Below are positions 20,047 to 29,079 of a DNA stretch of 64,000 nucleotides, in pieces (positions within the stretch are counted from its first letter, which is position 1; each line of letters opens with the position of its first letter). Where the stretch lies: the NCBI GenBank assembly GCA_034521595.1, contig JAXHMG010000003.1, positions 192,001-256,000 on the forward strand. Direction: 5' to 3'. The notes beneath the pieces were generated by a model. That model saw nothing but the letters and a program-made list of their open reading frames with translations, did not search any database and was not told the DNA's origin. A program made the translations under genes and the position numbers. The stretch is from Gemmatimonadota bacterium (lineage in GTDB: Bacteria; Gemmatimonadota; Gemmatimonadetes; Longimicrobiales; Gaopeijiaceae).

Positions 20047-22344
20047 GTGATGAGTAGAGCGGAGGAAGGGGGACCGGCGACCGTGCCGACGGACGAGGTC
20101 GAAGCGACCGACCTCGTGTTGCCCATCACGGGCATGACCTGTGCGAACTGTGCGGCCACGGTGGAGCGGACGCTTCGACGGACGGATGGCGTGGCGGAGG
20201 CGTCCGTGTCGTATGCGTCGGAGCGTGCCACCGTACGATACGACCCGGGTGCGGTGACTCCCGACGACCTGGTCGAGGCGGTGGAGCGCGCCGGTTACGG
20301 CGCGATCCTCGTCGACGAGGGTGACTTGGACGAGGCCGAGGCCGAGGCGCGCGACGACGAGCTGAGTGAGCAGAAGCGCACCTTCTGGGTGGGGGTCATC
20401 TTCTCCGCCCCGCTCTTCGTCCTCTCCATGGCGCGTGACTTCGCGCTTCTGGGGGCCTGGGCGCACGAGCCGTGGGTCAACTGGCTCATGCTCGTCCTGG
20501 CGACACCGGTCCAGCTCTACGTGGGCCGCGGCTTCTACGTGGGGGCGCGGAACGCGTTGCGGAACGGCACGGCCAACATGGACGTGCTCGTGGCCCTCGG
20601 CTCGTCCGTGGCCTACGTGTATTCGGTCGCGGTCACGGGGGCCCTCACGGTCGGCTACGCCGGTTGGGGCGACCACGTGTACTTCGAGACGGCCGCGCTC
20701 ATCATCACGCTCATCAAGCTGGGCAAGCTCCTCGAGGTCCGTGCCAAGGGAGAGACCAGCCTGGCGATCCGTCAGCTCATGGACCTGAGCCCGGCCTCGG
20801 CGCGCGTGGTCCGGGACGGCGTCGAGGAGGAGGTGCCCCTCGAGCAGGTGGCGGCGGGCGATGTCCTCGTCGTGCGGCCCGGAGAGCGGATCCCGGTGGA
20901 CGGCGTGGTCCTCGACGGTCGCTCCACGGTCGACGAGAGCATGCTCACGGGGGAAAGCATGCCGGTGGAGAAGGGAGAGGGCGACGAGGTGGTCGGCGCG
21001 ACCATCAACACGAGCGGATCGTTTCGCTTCCGGGCGACCCGAGTCGGATCGGACACGGCGTTGGCGCAGGTCGTGCGCATGGTTCGCGAGGCACAGGCCA
21101 GCAAGGCTCCGATCCAGCAACTGGCCGACCGCATCTCGGCGGTCTTCGTGCCGGTCGTCGTGCTGATCGCGCTCGGCACGCTTCTGGTCTGGTGGTTCTG
21201 GGTGGGAGCGGGCTTCACCCCCTCCATGATCCGGATGGTCGCCGTGCTCGTGATCGCGTGCCCGTGCGCGCTGGGTCTCGCCACCCCGACGGCGGTCATG
21301 GTGGGCACGGGGCGAGGTGCGCGCATGGGCATCCTCTTCCGGAGCTCGGAGGCCCTTCAACGTGCGCGTGAGCTCACCGTGGTGGTGCTCGACAAGACCG
21401 GAACCGTCACCACGGGCGAGCCCACCGTTCGCGAGGTCGTCTCGACCGAGGACGATCCGGATCGTGTGCTCCGCCTGGCGGCGTCCGCCGAGCTTCGCAG
21501 TGAGCACCCGCTCGGGGCGGCGGTGGTTCGCGAGGCGCGTGCGCGGGGCGTGAGCCCGGTGGAGCCCACGCACTTCGACGCCACGGCCGGGCGCGGCGTC
21601 GAAGCGCTCGTCGACGGTGCGCGCGTGCTCGTCGGGACGCGCGCCTTCCTGGAGATGCGGGACGTCCCGACGGCTCCGCTGGAGGCGGAGGCGGCCCGCA
21701 TATCCGACCGTGCGGCCACGCCGCTGTGGGTCGCGGTGGATGGTGCGGCCGTCGGTCTCGTCGGTGTGGCCGACGCCCTGAAGGAGGGGTCGGCCGAGGC
21801 GGTGCGTCGCATGAAGTCGGACGGACTTCGGGTCGTCATGCTCACCGGCGATCACCGCAGCGTCGCCGAGCACATCGGCCGCGAAGTGGGCATCGACGAA
21901 GTGATCGCCGAAGTGCTTCCGGACGAGAAGGCGGCCCGGGTCGCCCGGCTCCGCGAAGAAGCGAACGGGGGCGTCGCGATGGTCGGGGACGGGATCAACG
22001 ACGCGCCCGCGCTGGCGAGCGCCGACGTCGGCATCGCGCTCGGCACGGGGACCGACGTCGCGATGGAGACCGCGGACATCACGCTCATGCGAGGAGATCT
22101 GCGCTCGGTTCCGGAGGCGCTGGCGTTGAGCCGGGCGACGATGCGGTCGATCGTGCAGAACCTCTTCTGGGCGTTCTTCTACAACGTGGCGTTGATCCCC
22201 GTGGCCGCGGGCGCGTTCTACGCCGTGGCGTTCATGCCGGCCATCGTGCGGTCGCTCCATCCGATCCTCGCGGCCGTGGCCATGGCGCTCAGCTCGGTGA
22301 CCGTGGTCTTGAACAGCCTCCGCCTCGGACGCGCGCGCCTTTGA
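20047..22344 (+). CDS. copA: Cu(I)-translocating P1B-1 ATPase
   Basis: [45 protein letters not shown]. Confidence 0.96.
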   Translation: MMSRAEEGGPATVPTDEVEATDLVLPITGMTCANCAATVERTLRRTDGVAEASVSYASERATVRYDPGAVTPDDLVEAVERAGYGAILVDEGDLDEAEAEARDDELSEQKRTFWVGVIFSAPLFVLSMARDFALLGAWAHEPWVNWLMLVLATPVQLYVGRGFYVGARNALRNGTANMDVLVALGSSVAYVYSVAVTGALTVGYAGWGDHVYFETAALIITLIKLGKLLEVRAKGETSLAIRQLMDLSPASARVVRDGVEEEVPLEQVAAGDVLVVRPGERIPVDGVVLDGRSTVDESMLTGESMPVEKGEGDEVVGATINTSGSFRFRATRVGSDTALAQVVRMVREAQASKAPIQQLADRISAVFVPVVVLIALGTLLVWWFWVGAGFTPSMIRMVAVLVIACPCALGLATPTAVMVGTGRGARMGILFRSSEALQRARELTVVVLDKTGTVTTGEPTVREVVSTEDDPDRVLRLAASAELRSEHPLGAAVVREARARGVSPVEPTHFDATAGRGVEALVDGARVLVGTRAFLEMRDVPTAPLEAEAARISDRAATPLWVAVDGAAVGLVGVADALKEGSAEAVRRMKSDGLRVVMLTGDHRSVAEHIGREVGIDEVIAEVLPDEKAARVARLREEANGGVAMVGDGINDAPALASADVGIALGTGTDVAMETADITLMRGDLRSVPEALALSRATMRSIVQNLFWAFFYNVALIPVAAGAFYAVAFMPAIVRSLHPILAAVAMALSSVTVVLNSLRLGRARL

Positions 22345-22468
22345 GCCGGTGCGCCACCGTGTCGCTCCTCTGGTCCGGGAGCGCCGGGTGGCCCATCCTT
22401 GGGCGAGCGCCCGGTGGACACCCTCCGGGCGCGTTCGCCGGTTCCACACGAAACCCGAAGGATCCGTG

Positions 22469-24172
22469 ATGCTGAACAGCGCCATTCGCACCCTAGCAGT
22501 CATGACGGGCGTCGCCCTATTCGCTGCGTGCGGCTCCGACCCGGGCGAGGTGGCCGACCTGGTGTTGACGGGCGGCAAGGTCGTCACGGTGGATCCCGAG
22601 GTTCCCGAGGCCGAAGCCGTCGCGCTCCGCGACGGGCGGGTTGCCGCGGTCGGGACGGCCGCCGAGATCACCGAATGGGTCGGCTCGGACACCGAGGTGA
22701 TCGAGCTCGATGGGCGGCTCGCACTGCCGGGCTTCATCGAGGGGCATGCGCATTACATGCGCCTCGGGTCGGCGACCCTCGAACTGGACTTGAGCGACGC
22801 CGGGAATTGGGCCGAGATCGTGGACCGCGTCGAGGCCGCGGTGGCGGAGGCCGAGCCGGGCGAGCTGATCCTGGGGCAGGGGTGGCACCAGGAGCGCTGG
22901 ACGCCCCGGCCCCAGCCGAACGTGGACGGCCTTCCGTTCCATGACGGTCTGAGCGCGGTGTCGCCGGACAATCCGGTGATTCTGTCGCACGCCAGCGGGC
23001 ACGCTTCGTACGCGAACGAGCACGCGATGCGGCTGGCGGGAATCGATCGGAATACCCCGGACCCGGAGGGCGGAGAGATCGTTCGCGACGGTTCGGGGAA
23101 TCCCATCGGCGCGTTCCGCGAGACCGCGTCCGGGCTCCTCGCGCCGGCCCGGGAGGGAGCGTCCCGGCCGGATCCGCGACGGGTCGCCCTGCTCGCCCAG
23201 GAGGAGGCGTTCCGCAACGGGATCACCTCGTTCCAGGACGCGGGCTCCGGCTTCGAGACGATCGATTTGTGGCGGTCCATGGTCGACGACGGCAGTCTCC
23301 GGATCCGGCTGTACACGATGATCCGGGCGGACAACGACGCGCTGGCTCGCCACATGGCGGACTACCGCATGGTCGGCTACGGCGGCGACCGACTGACCGT
23401 GCGCGCGCTCAAGGTGTCGATCGACGGCGCGCTCGGCTCACACGGAGCGTGGCTTCTCGAGCCCTACGACGACCTTCCGACGAGCACCGGCCTCAACACG
23501 ACGCCGCCCGAGGAGATCCGTGAAAAGGCCGACCTCGCGCTCGAGCACGACTATCAGCTCAACGTCCACGCCATCGGTGACCGCGGGAATCGCGAGACGC
23601 TCGACATCTTCGAGGAGGCGTACGCGGCGGCCGACACGGAAGATCTGCGCTGGCGGATCGAGCACGCGCAGCACTTACACCCGGACGATATTCCGCGGTT
23701 CGGCTCGCTCGGCGTGATCGCGTCGATGCAGGGAGTGCACGCGACGTCCGACGGTCCGTGGGTGGAGCCCAAGCTGGGACCCCGGAGGACCGAGGAGGGG
23801 GCCTACGTGTGGCGGAAGCTCATGGACTCCGGCGCGGTGGTCATGAACGGCACGGACGCGCCCGTCGAGGACGTGAGCCCGATCGCGAGCTATTACTCCA
23901 GCGTGTCGCGCGTGATGGCCAACGGGGAGCGCTTCACGCCCGAGCAGCGCATGAGCCGCATGGAAGCCCTCGAGTCGTACACCGTGAACGCGGCGTACGG
24001 AGCGTTCGAGGAGGACGTCAAGGGCTCGTTGACCCCGGGGAAGCTCGCCGACGTGGTGGTGCTCTCCCAGGACATCCTCACGGTCGACGAGGAGCGGATT
24101 CCGGACACGCTTGTCGATCTGACGATCGTCGGCGGTGAGGTGGTCTACGCGCGCTCGGAGGGGGCCGGCTGA
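22469..24172 (+). CDS. Amidohydrolase-3 (YtcJ-like) lipoprotein
   Basis: Lipobox FAAC; PGFIEGHAH, DGALGSHGA, HAIGD, RIEHAQ, GTDAPVE, PGKLAD. Confidence 0.9.
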   Translation: MLNSAIRTLAVMTGVALFAACGSDPGEVADLVLTGGKVVTVDPEVPEAEAVALRDGRVAAVGTAAEITEWVGSDTEVIELDGRLALPGFIEGHAHYMRLGSATLELDLSDAGNWAEIVDRVEAAVAEAEPGELILGQGWHQERWTPRPQPNVDGLPFHDGLSAVSPDNPVILSHASGHASYANEHAMRLAGIDRNTPDPEGGEIVRDGSGNPIGAFRETASGLLAPAREGASRPDPRRVALLAQEEAFRNGITSFQDAGSGFETIDLWRSMVDDGSLRIRLYTMIRADNDALARHMADYRMVGYGGDRLTVRALKVSIDGALGSHGAWLLEPYDDLPTSTGLNTTPPEEIREKADLALEHDYQLNVHAIGDRGNRETLDIFEEAYAAADTEDLRWRIEHAQHLHPDDIPRFGSLGVIASMQGVHATSDGPWVEPKLGPRRTEEGAYVWRKLMDSGAVVMNGTDAPVEDVSPIASYYSSVSRVMANGERFTPEQRMSRMEALESYTVNAAYGAFEEDVKGSLTPGKLADVVVLSQDILTVDEERIPDTLVDLTIVGGEVVYARSEGAG

Positions 24173-24173
24173 C

Positions 24174-24704
24174 ATGTCCGAGTCCCGCGACACGTACGAC
24201 GACATCGTTGCCGTCATCGAGAGCGCGAAAGCGCGTGGAGGTGAAGCGAGCTTGCGTGCGTTCGTCGCCCAGGCGCTTCCCGAGGCGACCGAGGTCGAGA
24301 TCGAAGACGCAGCGGAGCTCGCGCTCGAGATCATCGATTCCGTGCCCGTCTTCCTGGCGCGCGCCCGCCAGGCCGCGAAGGAGCAGGAGCGCGAGCAGCT
24401 CGTCCTGCCCCTCCTCGAGCGGGCCGAGCGGTACTTCCTGAAGCCGATCGACCTGATCCCGGAGATGACGCACGGTCTACCCGGGTTGCTCGACGACTCC
24501 TACCTCGTCATTCGTGCGCTCCAGCACCTGGACGGTGAGGACGAGTCCTTCCTCGACTGGGATCTGGATGCCCCCGTACGGTTCCTGCGCCGGTTGCTGG
24601 GACGCTCCATGACGGGGCGGCTCGACGAGATCGCGGCCGAGGCCCTCGAGGACGTATCCGACCAGCTCGACGCGCTCTGGGACCAGACGGCGCATCGGGC
24701 CTGA
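24174..24704 (+). CDS. DUF1232/YkvA-like protein
   Basis: YFLKPIDLIPE...GLLDD motif. Confidence 0.7.
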   Translation: MSESRDTYDDIVAVIESAKARGGEASLRAFVAQALPEATEVEIEDAAELALEIIDSVPVFLARARQAAKEQEREQLVLPLLERAERYFLKPIDLIPEMTHGLPGLLDDSYLVIRALQHLDGEDESFLDWDLDAPVRFLRRLLGRSMTGRLDEIAAEALEDVSDQLDALWDQTAHRA

Positions 24705-24710
24705 GCTCCC

Positions 24711-25391
24711 ATGCGCATTCTCGTCGTGGAGGACGACCGGAAGGTCGCGAGCTTCCTGGAACGGGGACTCCGAGAAGAGGGATACGCCGTCGATGTGGCA
24801 AACGACGGTGAAGACGGCCGCCTGAAGGCCCACGTGCACGACTACGACCTCCTGCTGCTCGACGTCATGCTCCCGGGAATCTCCGGGCTGGAGATCGTGA
24901 GGGAATTGCGGCGACGGGAGACGCCGACGCCCGTGCTCATGCTCACGGCCCGGGATGCCGAGGACGACGTGGTGTTGGGTCTCGATGCCGGGGCCGACGA
25001 CTATCTGACCAAGCCGTTCGGGTTCGATGAGCTGTTGGCCCGGGTTCGGGCCCTCTTGCGGAGAGGGGGATCGGCGCGGCCGGATCGCCTCATTTACGCC
25101 GACATCGAGCTGGATCGCGTCAAGCACGAGGCGACCAGGGGTGGGGCCAGGCTCGACCTCACGCCGAAGGAGTTCCGCTTGCTGGAGTTCTTCCTGCTCA
25201 ACGCGGAGCGGGTGGTCCGGCGCACCGAGCTGCTCGAGAAGGTGTGGGATCTCACGTTCGATCCCATGAGCAACGTCGTGGACGTCCACGTGGGCCACCT
25301 CCGGCAAAAGCTGCGGCAGGTCGGCTCGGATCCGTTGCTCCACACCGTGCGGGGCGTCGGATATATCCTGGAGCTGGACGCGGACCAATGA
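24711..25391 (+). CDS. OmpR-family response regulator (CusR/CopR-like)
   Basis: MRILVVEDD, LDVMLP, GADDYLTKPF, SNVVDVHV, HTVRGVGY. Confidence 0.93.
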   Translation: MRILVVEDDRKVASFLERGLREEGYAVDVANDGEDGRLKAHVHDYDLLLLDVMLPGISGLEIVRELRRRETPTPVLMLTARDAEDDVVLGLDAGADDYLTKPFGFDELLARVRALLRRGGSARPDRLIYADIELDRVKHEATRGGARLDLTPKEFRLLEFFLLNAERVVRRTELLEKVWDLTFDPMSNVVDVHVGHLRQKLRQVGSDPLLHTVRGVGYILELDADQ

Positions 25392-26806
25392 GTCGAGCGT
25401 TCCGTACCCAGTTGGCGCTTCGCGCCACGCTGGTGATCGCCGGGGCGCTCGTGGCGATCTCGCTCGTCAGCGTGCTCGCGCTCCGCGTGCTCCTCGACCG
25501 GAGGATCGACGCCTCCGTCCTCAACGTCGCTTCGATCCAGGCCGCGTCCGTCACGGACGAGCCCTCCGGCGCCATGCATTTCCACGAGTGGGAGCTGACG
25601 CCCGAGGAAGCCTCGTCGGTTCGAGACCTCATCCAGTACGCACAGATCTGGCGAGCGGACGGGGTGAGCCTGCTTCGAAGCCAGTACATGACGAGCGATC
25701 TCCCCTTGGACCAGGAGGAGCTCTCCCGCGCCGCGGACGGCGAGATCGTGTGGACGCGGAGTTCGTTCGAGGACCTGCCGGTGCGGATCCTCTACTATCC
25801 GCTCGACCGCTTCGGGGCCGCGCACGAGCGACACGTGCTCCAGGTCGCCGCTCCGCTTCGGAATCGGAATCAGCTCGTCGCCAGGGTGGGAGCGTTCCTC
25901 ACGCTGCTCACCTTGGTGGGCGCCGCCGCGACGTACGGCGGGGCTTGGTGGCTGGCCGGTCGGGCCATACGCCCCGTGCACGAGGTCATCGACCAGGCCG
26001 AGGAGATCCGGGCGGGCTCGCTCGACCGACGGATCCATGCGTATGCGGACCTGCGGGAGTATCGACGTCTCGTCGAGGTGTTGAATTCCATGCTCGCGCG
26101 CATCCAGGGCGCGTTCGAGGCCCAGCGTCGCTTCGCGGCGGATGCCAGTCACGAGCTCCGTTCGCCCCTTACGGCGATGCGGGGTGAGCTCGAGATCGCG
26201 CTTAGACGGGACCGGAGCGCCGAAGAGTACCGGAGGGTGCTGGAAAGCACGCTGGAGGAGGTCGTGCGGCTCGGCCGCGTTACGGAGGACCTTCTGCTTC
26301 TCGCCCGATCGGACGCGGGCGCGCTGCGCGGGCACCCCGAGCCGGTCGACATCGGAGGTGCCGTGCGAAGCATCCTGGACCGGCTGGCTCGTCGGACCGC
26401 CGCCGGAGGCGCCGCTGTGGAATTCGACGTGCACGGGGAAGTGACCGCGGAGGCCGATCCGGTGCTCGTCGGCCAGGTCGTCTGGAATCTCGTGGAGAAT
26501 GCGCTGAGGTTCACTCCGGACGACGGAGGCGTGAGGGTGTTGGTCGAAGGTACGCCCGACGCCGTGACACTGGCCGTCGAGGACGACGGTCCCGGCTTTC
26601 CCACAGACGAGGCGGATCGGGTGTTCGACCGCTTCTTCCGTGCCGATTCGGCACGTCCTCATACCGGCGGCACCGGGCTGGGGTTGTCGATCGTGAAGGC
26701 GGTGGCCGATGCGCACGGGGGCAGTGTGCGTGCCGAGAACCGGGCCGAAGGCGGCGCGCGGGTGATCGTGACATTTCCACGTTCACACTCCTCCTCCGAT
26801 GCGTGA
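25388..26806 (+). CDS. Sensor histidine kinase (CusS-like, HAMP-HisKA-HATPase)
   Basis: Two TM segments, periplasmic AMHFHEW, DASHELRSPL, NLVENA, DDGPG, GTGLGL; ATGA overlap with the regulator. Confidence 0.92.
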   Translation: MSRAFRTQLALRATLVIAGALVAISLVSVLALRVLLDRRIDASVLNVASIQAASVTDEPSGAMHFHEWELTPEEASSVRDLIQYAQIWRADGVSLLRSQYMTSDLPLDQEELSRAADGEIVWTRSSFEDLPVRILYYPLDRFGAAHERHVLQVAAPLRNRNQLVARVGAFLTLLTLVGAAATYGGAWWLAGRAIRPVHEVIDQAEEIRAGSLDRRIHAYADLREYRRLVEVLNSMLARIQGAFEAQRRFAADASHELRSPLTAMRGELEIALRRDRSAEEYRRVLESTLEEVVRLGRVTEDLLLLARSDAGALRGHPEPVDIGGAVRSILDRLARRTAAGGAAVEFDVHGEVTAEADPVLVGQVVWNLVENALRFTPDDGGVRVLVEGTPDAVTLAVEDDGPGFPTDEADRVFDRFFRADSARPHTGGTGLGLSIVKAVADAHGGSVRAENRAEGGARVIVTFPRSHSSSDA

Positions 26807-26839
26807 ACCCATCTTCACGCTCGAATCACGGACGCTTCA
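26804..26839 (+). promoter_or_regulatory. 36-bp regulator box, copy 1
   Basis: TGAA-cccatc-TTCA-cgctcga-ATCA-cggacgc-TTCA. Confidence 0.7.
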
Positions 26840-26925
26840 TCCTCGACGGGTTATCCTCCAACCGGAGTCACAGGGTCGGCTGAGGGTTCGTGACCGGTCG
26901 GCCACCGAGAGCAGGAGGTATGACG

Positions 26926-27492
26926 ATGAGCGACGTGCCCGGAAGGCCCCCGGGATCCGGGGACGAAGACGGCAGGCCCGCACCGGCACGTAGAACCTTC
27001 CTCCAGGCGGTCGGGGCAGCGCTCGCGGGTGCGCTGGCCAGCATCCCACCGGTCGTCGCGGGGGCGGCGACACTACTTCACCCACTCCGGCGTGAGGAGA
27101 CGGTTGCGTCCGCGGTCAGGGTGGCGAGCTTGACGGGGCTCCCCGAAGGGGGGGCGCCACGCCGGGTTACCGTGATCGACGACCGGGTCGATGCCTGGAC
27201 CAGCTACGAGGCGACTCCCGTCGGCGCCGTGTACCTGCGGCGTGAAGGCGACCGCATCTCTGCTCTCAACGTCGTCTGTCCGCACGCGGGGTGCTCCGTG
27301 AACCTCGCACCGAATGGCACGCACTTCGCGTGTCCTTGTCATCGGAGCCGTTTCGCACTCGACGGCACTCGGGAGGAGGGCCCCGCGCCGCGCGACCTCG
27401 ATGCGCTCGAGGTGGAGGTCCGGAACGAGACCGAGGTTTGGGTGCGCTTCCAGAACTTCAGGCCGGGGACGGAGGAGAAGATTCCGATGTAG
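26926..27492 (+). CDS. Tat-signal Rieske [2Fe-2S] protein (QcrA-like)
   Basis: RRTFL Tat motif plus TM; CPHAGC and CPCHRS.F boxes, GPAPRDLD; AGGAGG RBS. Confidence 0.9.
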   Translation: MSDVPGRPPGSGDEDGRPAPARRTFLQAVGAALAGALASIPPVVAGAATLLHPLRREETVASAVRVASLTGLPEGGAPRRVTVIDDRVDAWTSYEATPVGAVYLRREGDRISALNVVCPHAGCSVNLAPNGTHFACPCHRSRFALDGTREEGPAPRDLDALEVEVRNETEVWVRFQNFRPGTEEKIPM

Positions 27493-27532
27493 GCGAGGTT
27501 CTCTCGGGCGACGTACGATCGATGCACGAACG

Positions 27533-27568
27533 TGAAGGTGCGTTCATGCCGGTGTCATCGCCCCTTCA
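27533..27568 (+). promoter_or_regulatory. 36-bp regulator box, copy 2
   Basis: TGAA-ggtgcg-TTCA-tgccggt-GTCA-tcgcccc-TTCA. Confidence 0.7.
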
Positions 27569-27629
27569 CGGGACGTCCCGATATTTCAGGATGAGCGCGT
27601 AGTCTTCGTCTCGAGCAGGAGGAGGACCG

Positions 27630-27962
27630 ATGAGCCGGTACGAGAACCTCGGAGCCCTCGCGGTGCGTTGGTTGGGTCTCGCATTCCTCTCCCTGTCGGT
27701 CGTATCGCTGTTGGTGGGCCTCGTCGGTCCCTGGACCATGGGCGGTATGATGGGCGGCAGGATGGGCGGCCAGGGGATGACGGAGCTCCAGGAGCAGATG
27801 ATGCCGGGCAGCTTCGGTCACATGGCGCAAGGTGGCTTCGGAATGTGGTGGGGCCCGACGGTGTTGTTTCTCGTGATGGGGTTGCTGCTCATCGTGCTGG
27901 GGCGTCCGCTCGGCTCGGCGCTCGCGTCGGGGCTGACCGATCGGGAAGAAGGCACGGACTGA
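27630..27962 (+). CDS. Small 2-TM protein with Met/Gly-rich loop
   Basis: Strong AGGAGGAGG RBS; two hydrophobic segments around MGGMMGGRMGGQGM..QMM..HM..GM. Confidence 0.8.
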   Translation: MSRYENLGALAVRWLGLAFLSLSVVSLLVGLVGPWTMGGMMGGRMGGQGMTELQEQMMPGSFGHMAQGGFGMWWGPTVLFLVMGLLLIVLGRPLGSALASGLTDREEGTD

Positions 27963-28069
27963 GTCCGACCCGGCGGATGGACGGGGACGCTTGCCTCGAC
28001 GTCCGAGGTGTCCCCTAATACAGCGGTGAGCTGCCCTGAACGAACATCCGCGCGGAGAGAGGACTGCCG

Positions 28070-28906
28070 ATGAGCAGCACCGGAGACAGACCCACCGATC
28101 CACCCCCACCCCCGGAAGACGAAGACCCGGATGAGCGGCCGAATGTGCCCGGTTCTCCCTCCGGCGCGTCCGTGGAACGGTCGCGATCTCGCCTGGCGTT
28201 GGCCGTACTGGCGCTCGCGCTCCTGGTCGTGGCCCTCGGCGCCCTGTCGGGCTTCGGGAGCCGTTGGGGCCTGTGGAACTTCCGGACGGGCTTCACCTTG
28301 CTACGGTGGAGCGCCTACGGCGCCATCGTGGTCGCGGTGCTCACCTTGCCCGTGCTGTGGCTCACCCGTCCCGGCGCGGGCCGCGCCCGGGATTTCCTCA
28401 CCGCGCTCGTGGCCCTGGTGGTGTCGGTGCCCGTCTTCGGCCTACCGCTCACCTGGCGTGCGCGCGCCGGTGAGGTTCCGCCGATCCACGACATCACCAC
28501 GGACACGAACGATCCGCCCGAGTTCGTCGCTGTCGCGCCGCTGCGCGCGGACGCGCCCAATCCGGTCGAGTACCCCGGTCCCGAGGTCGCGGCCCAGCAG
28601 CGTCGGGGCTATCCGGACATCCGGCCGGTCGTCCTCGACGCGCCGCTGTCCGAAGCGTACGAGACGGCACTCGACGCCGCGCATGCCGAGGGGTGGGAGA
28701 TCGTCGGATCGAACCTCGAGGAAGGGCGGATCGAAGCGACCGACCGAACCTTCTGGTTCGGGTTCCGGGACGACGTGGTCATCCGTCTCACACCGAACGG
28801 GAACCGCACCATCGTGGATGTGCGCTCCAAGTCCCGCGTGGGTGGGAGCGACGTCGGGACGAACGCCCGGCGGATCCGGTCCTACCTGGAACGGTTGGGG
28901 GGCTGA
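28070..28906 (+). CDS. DUF1499 membrane protein
   Basis: Three TM then PPIHDITTD, QQRRGYPDI, IEATDRTFWFGFRDDVVIR, DVRSKSRVG.SD.G.NARRI. Confidence 0.88.
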   Translation: MSSTGDRPTDPPPPPEDEDPDERPNVPGSPSGASVERSRSRLALAVLALALLVVALGALSGFGSRWGLWNFRTGFTLLRWSAYGAIVVAVLTLPVLWLTRPGAGRARDFLTALVALVVSVPVFGLPLTWRARAGEVPPIHDITTDTNDPPEFVAVAPLRADAPNPVEYPGPEVAAQQRRGYPDIRPVVLDAPLSEAYETALDAAHAEGWEIVGSNLEEGRIEATDRTFWFGFRDDVVIRLTPNGNRTIVDVRSKSRVGGSDVGTNARRIRSYLERLGG

Positions 28907-28930
28907 GCCTTCAGTAACAGCCCGGCCGGA

Positions 28931-28966
28931 TGAAGATTCCTTAACCCGGCATTCACGGGGCCTTCA
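28931..28966 (+). promoter_or_regulatory. 36-bp regulator box, copy 3
   Basis: TGAA-gattcc-TTAA-cccggca-TTCA-cggggcc-TTCA. Confidence 0.7.
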
Positions 28967-29079
28967 GCGCGAGTGTGTGTTCGTTGTACCGGTGACGATC
29001 TCCCCGCTCACAAAACGGTGGTCGTCCGCGTCGGTAGCGAACCTCCTTCTCAAGACCTTGTGCTATGACTTCTCCCGTG

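Noticed and set aside
19972-22737. 921-aa minus-strand ORF (likewise 31565-33517, 15816-17498, 50924-52939 and plus-strand 55396-57669)
   Set aside because: Antisense or off-frame shadows of well-supported genes; Arg/His/Gly-rich with no domain signature
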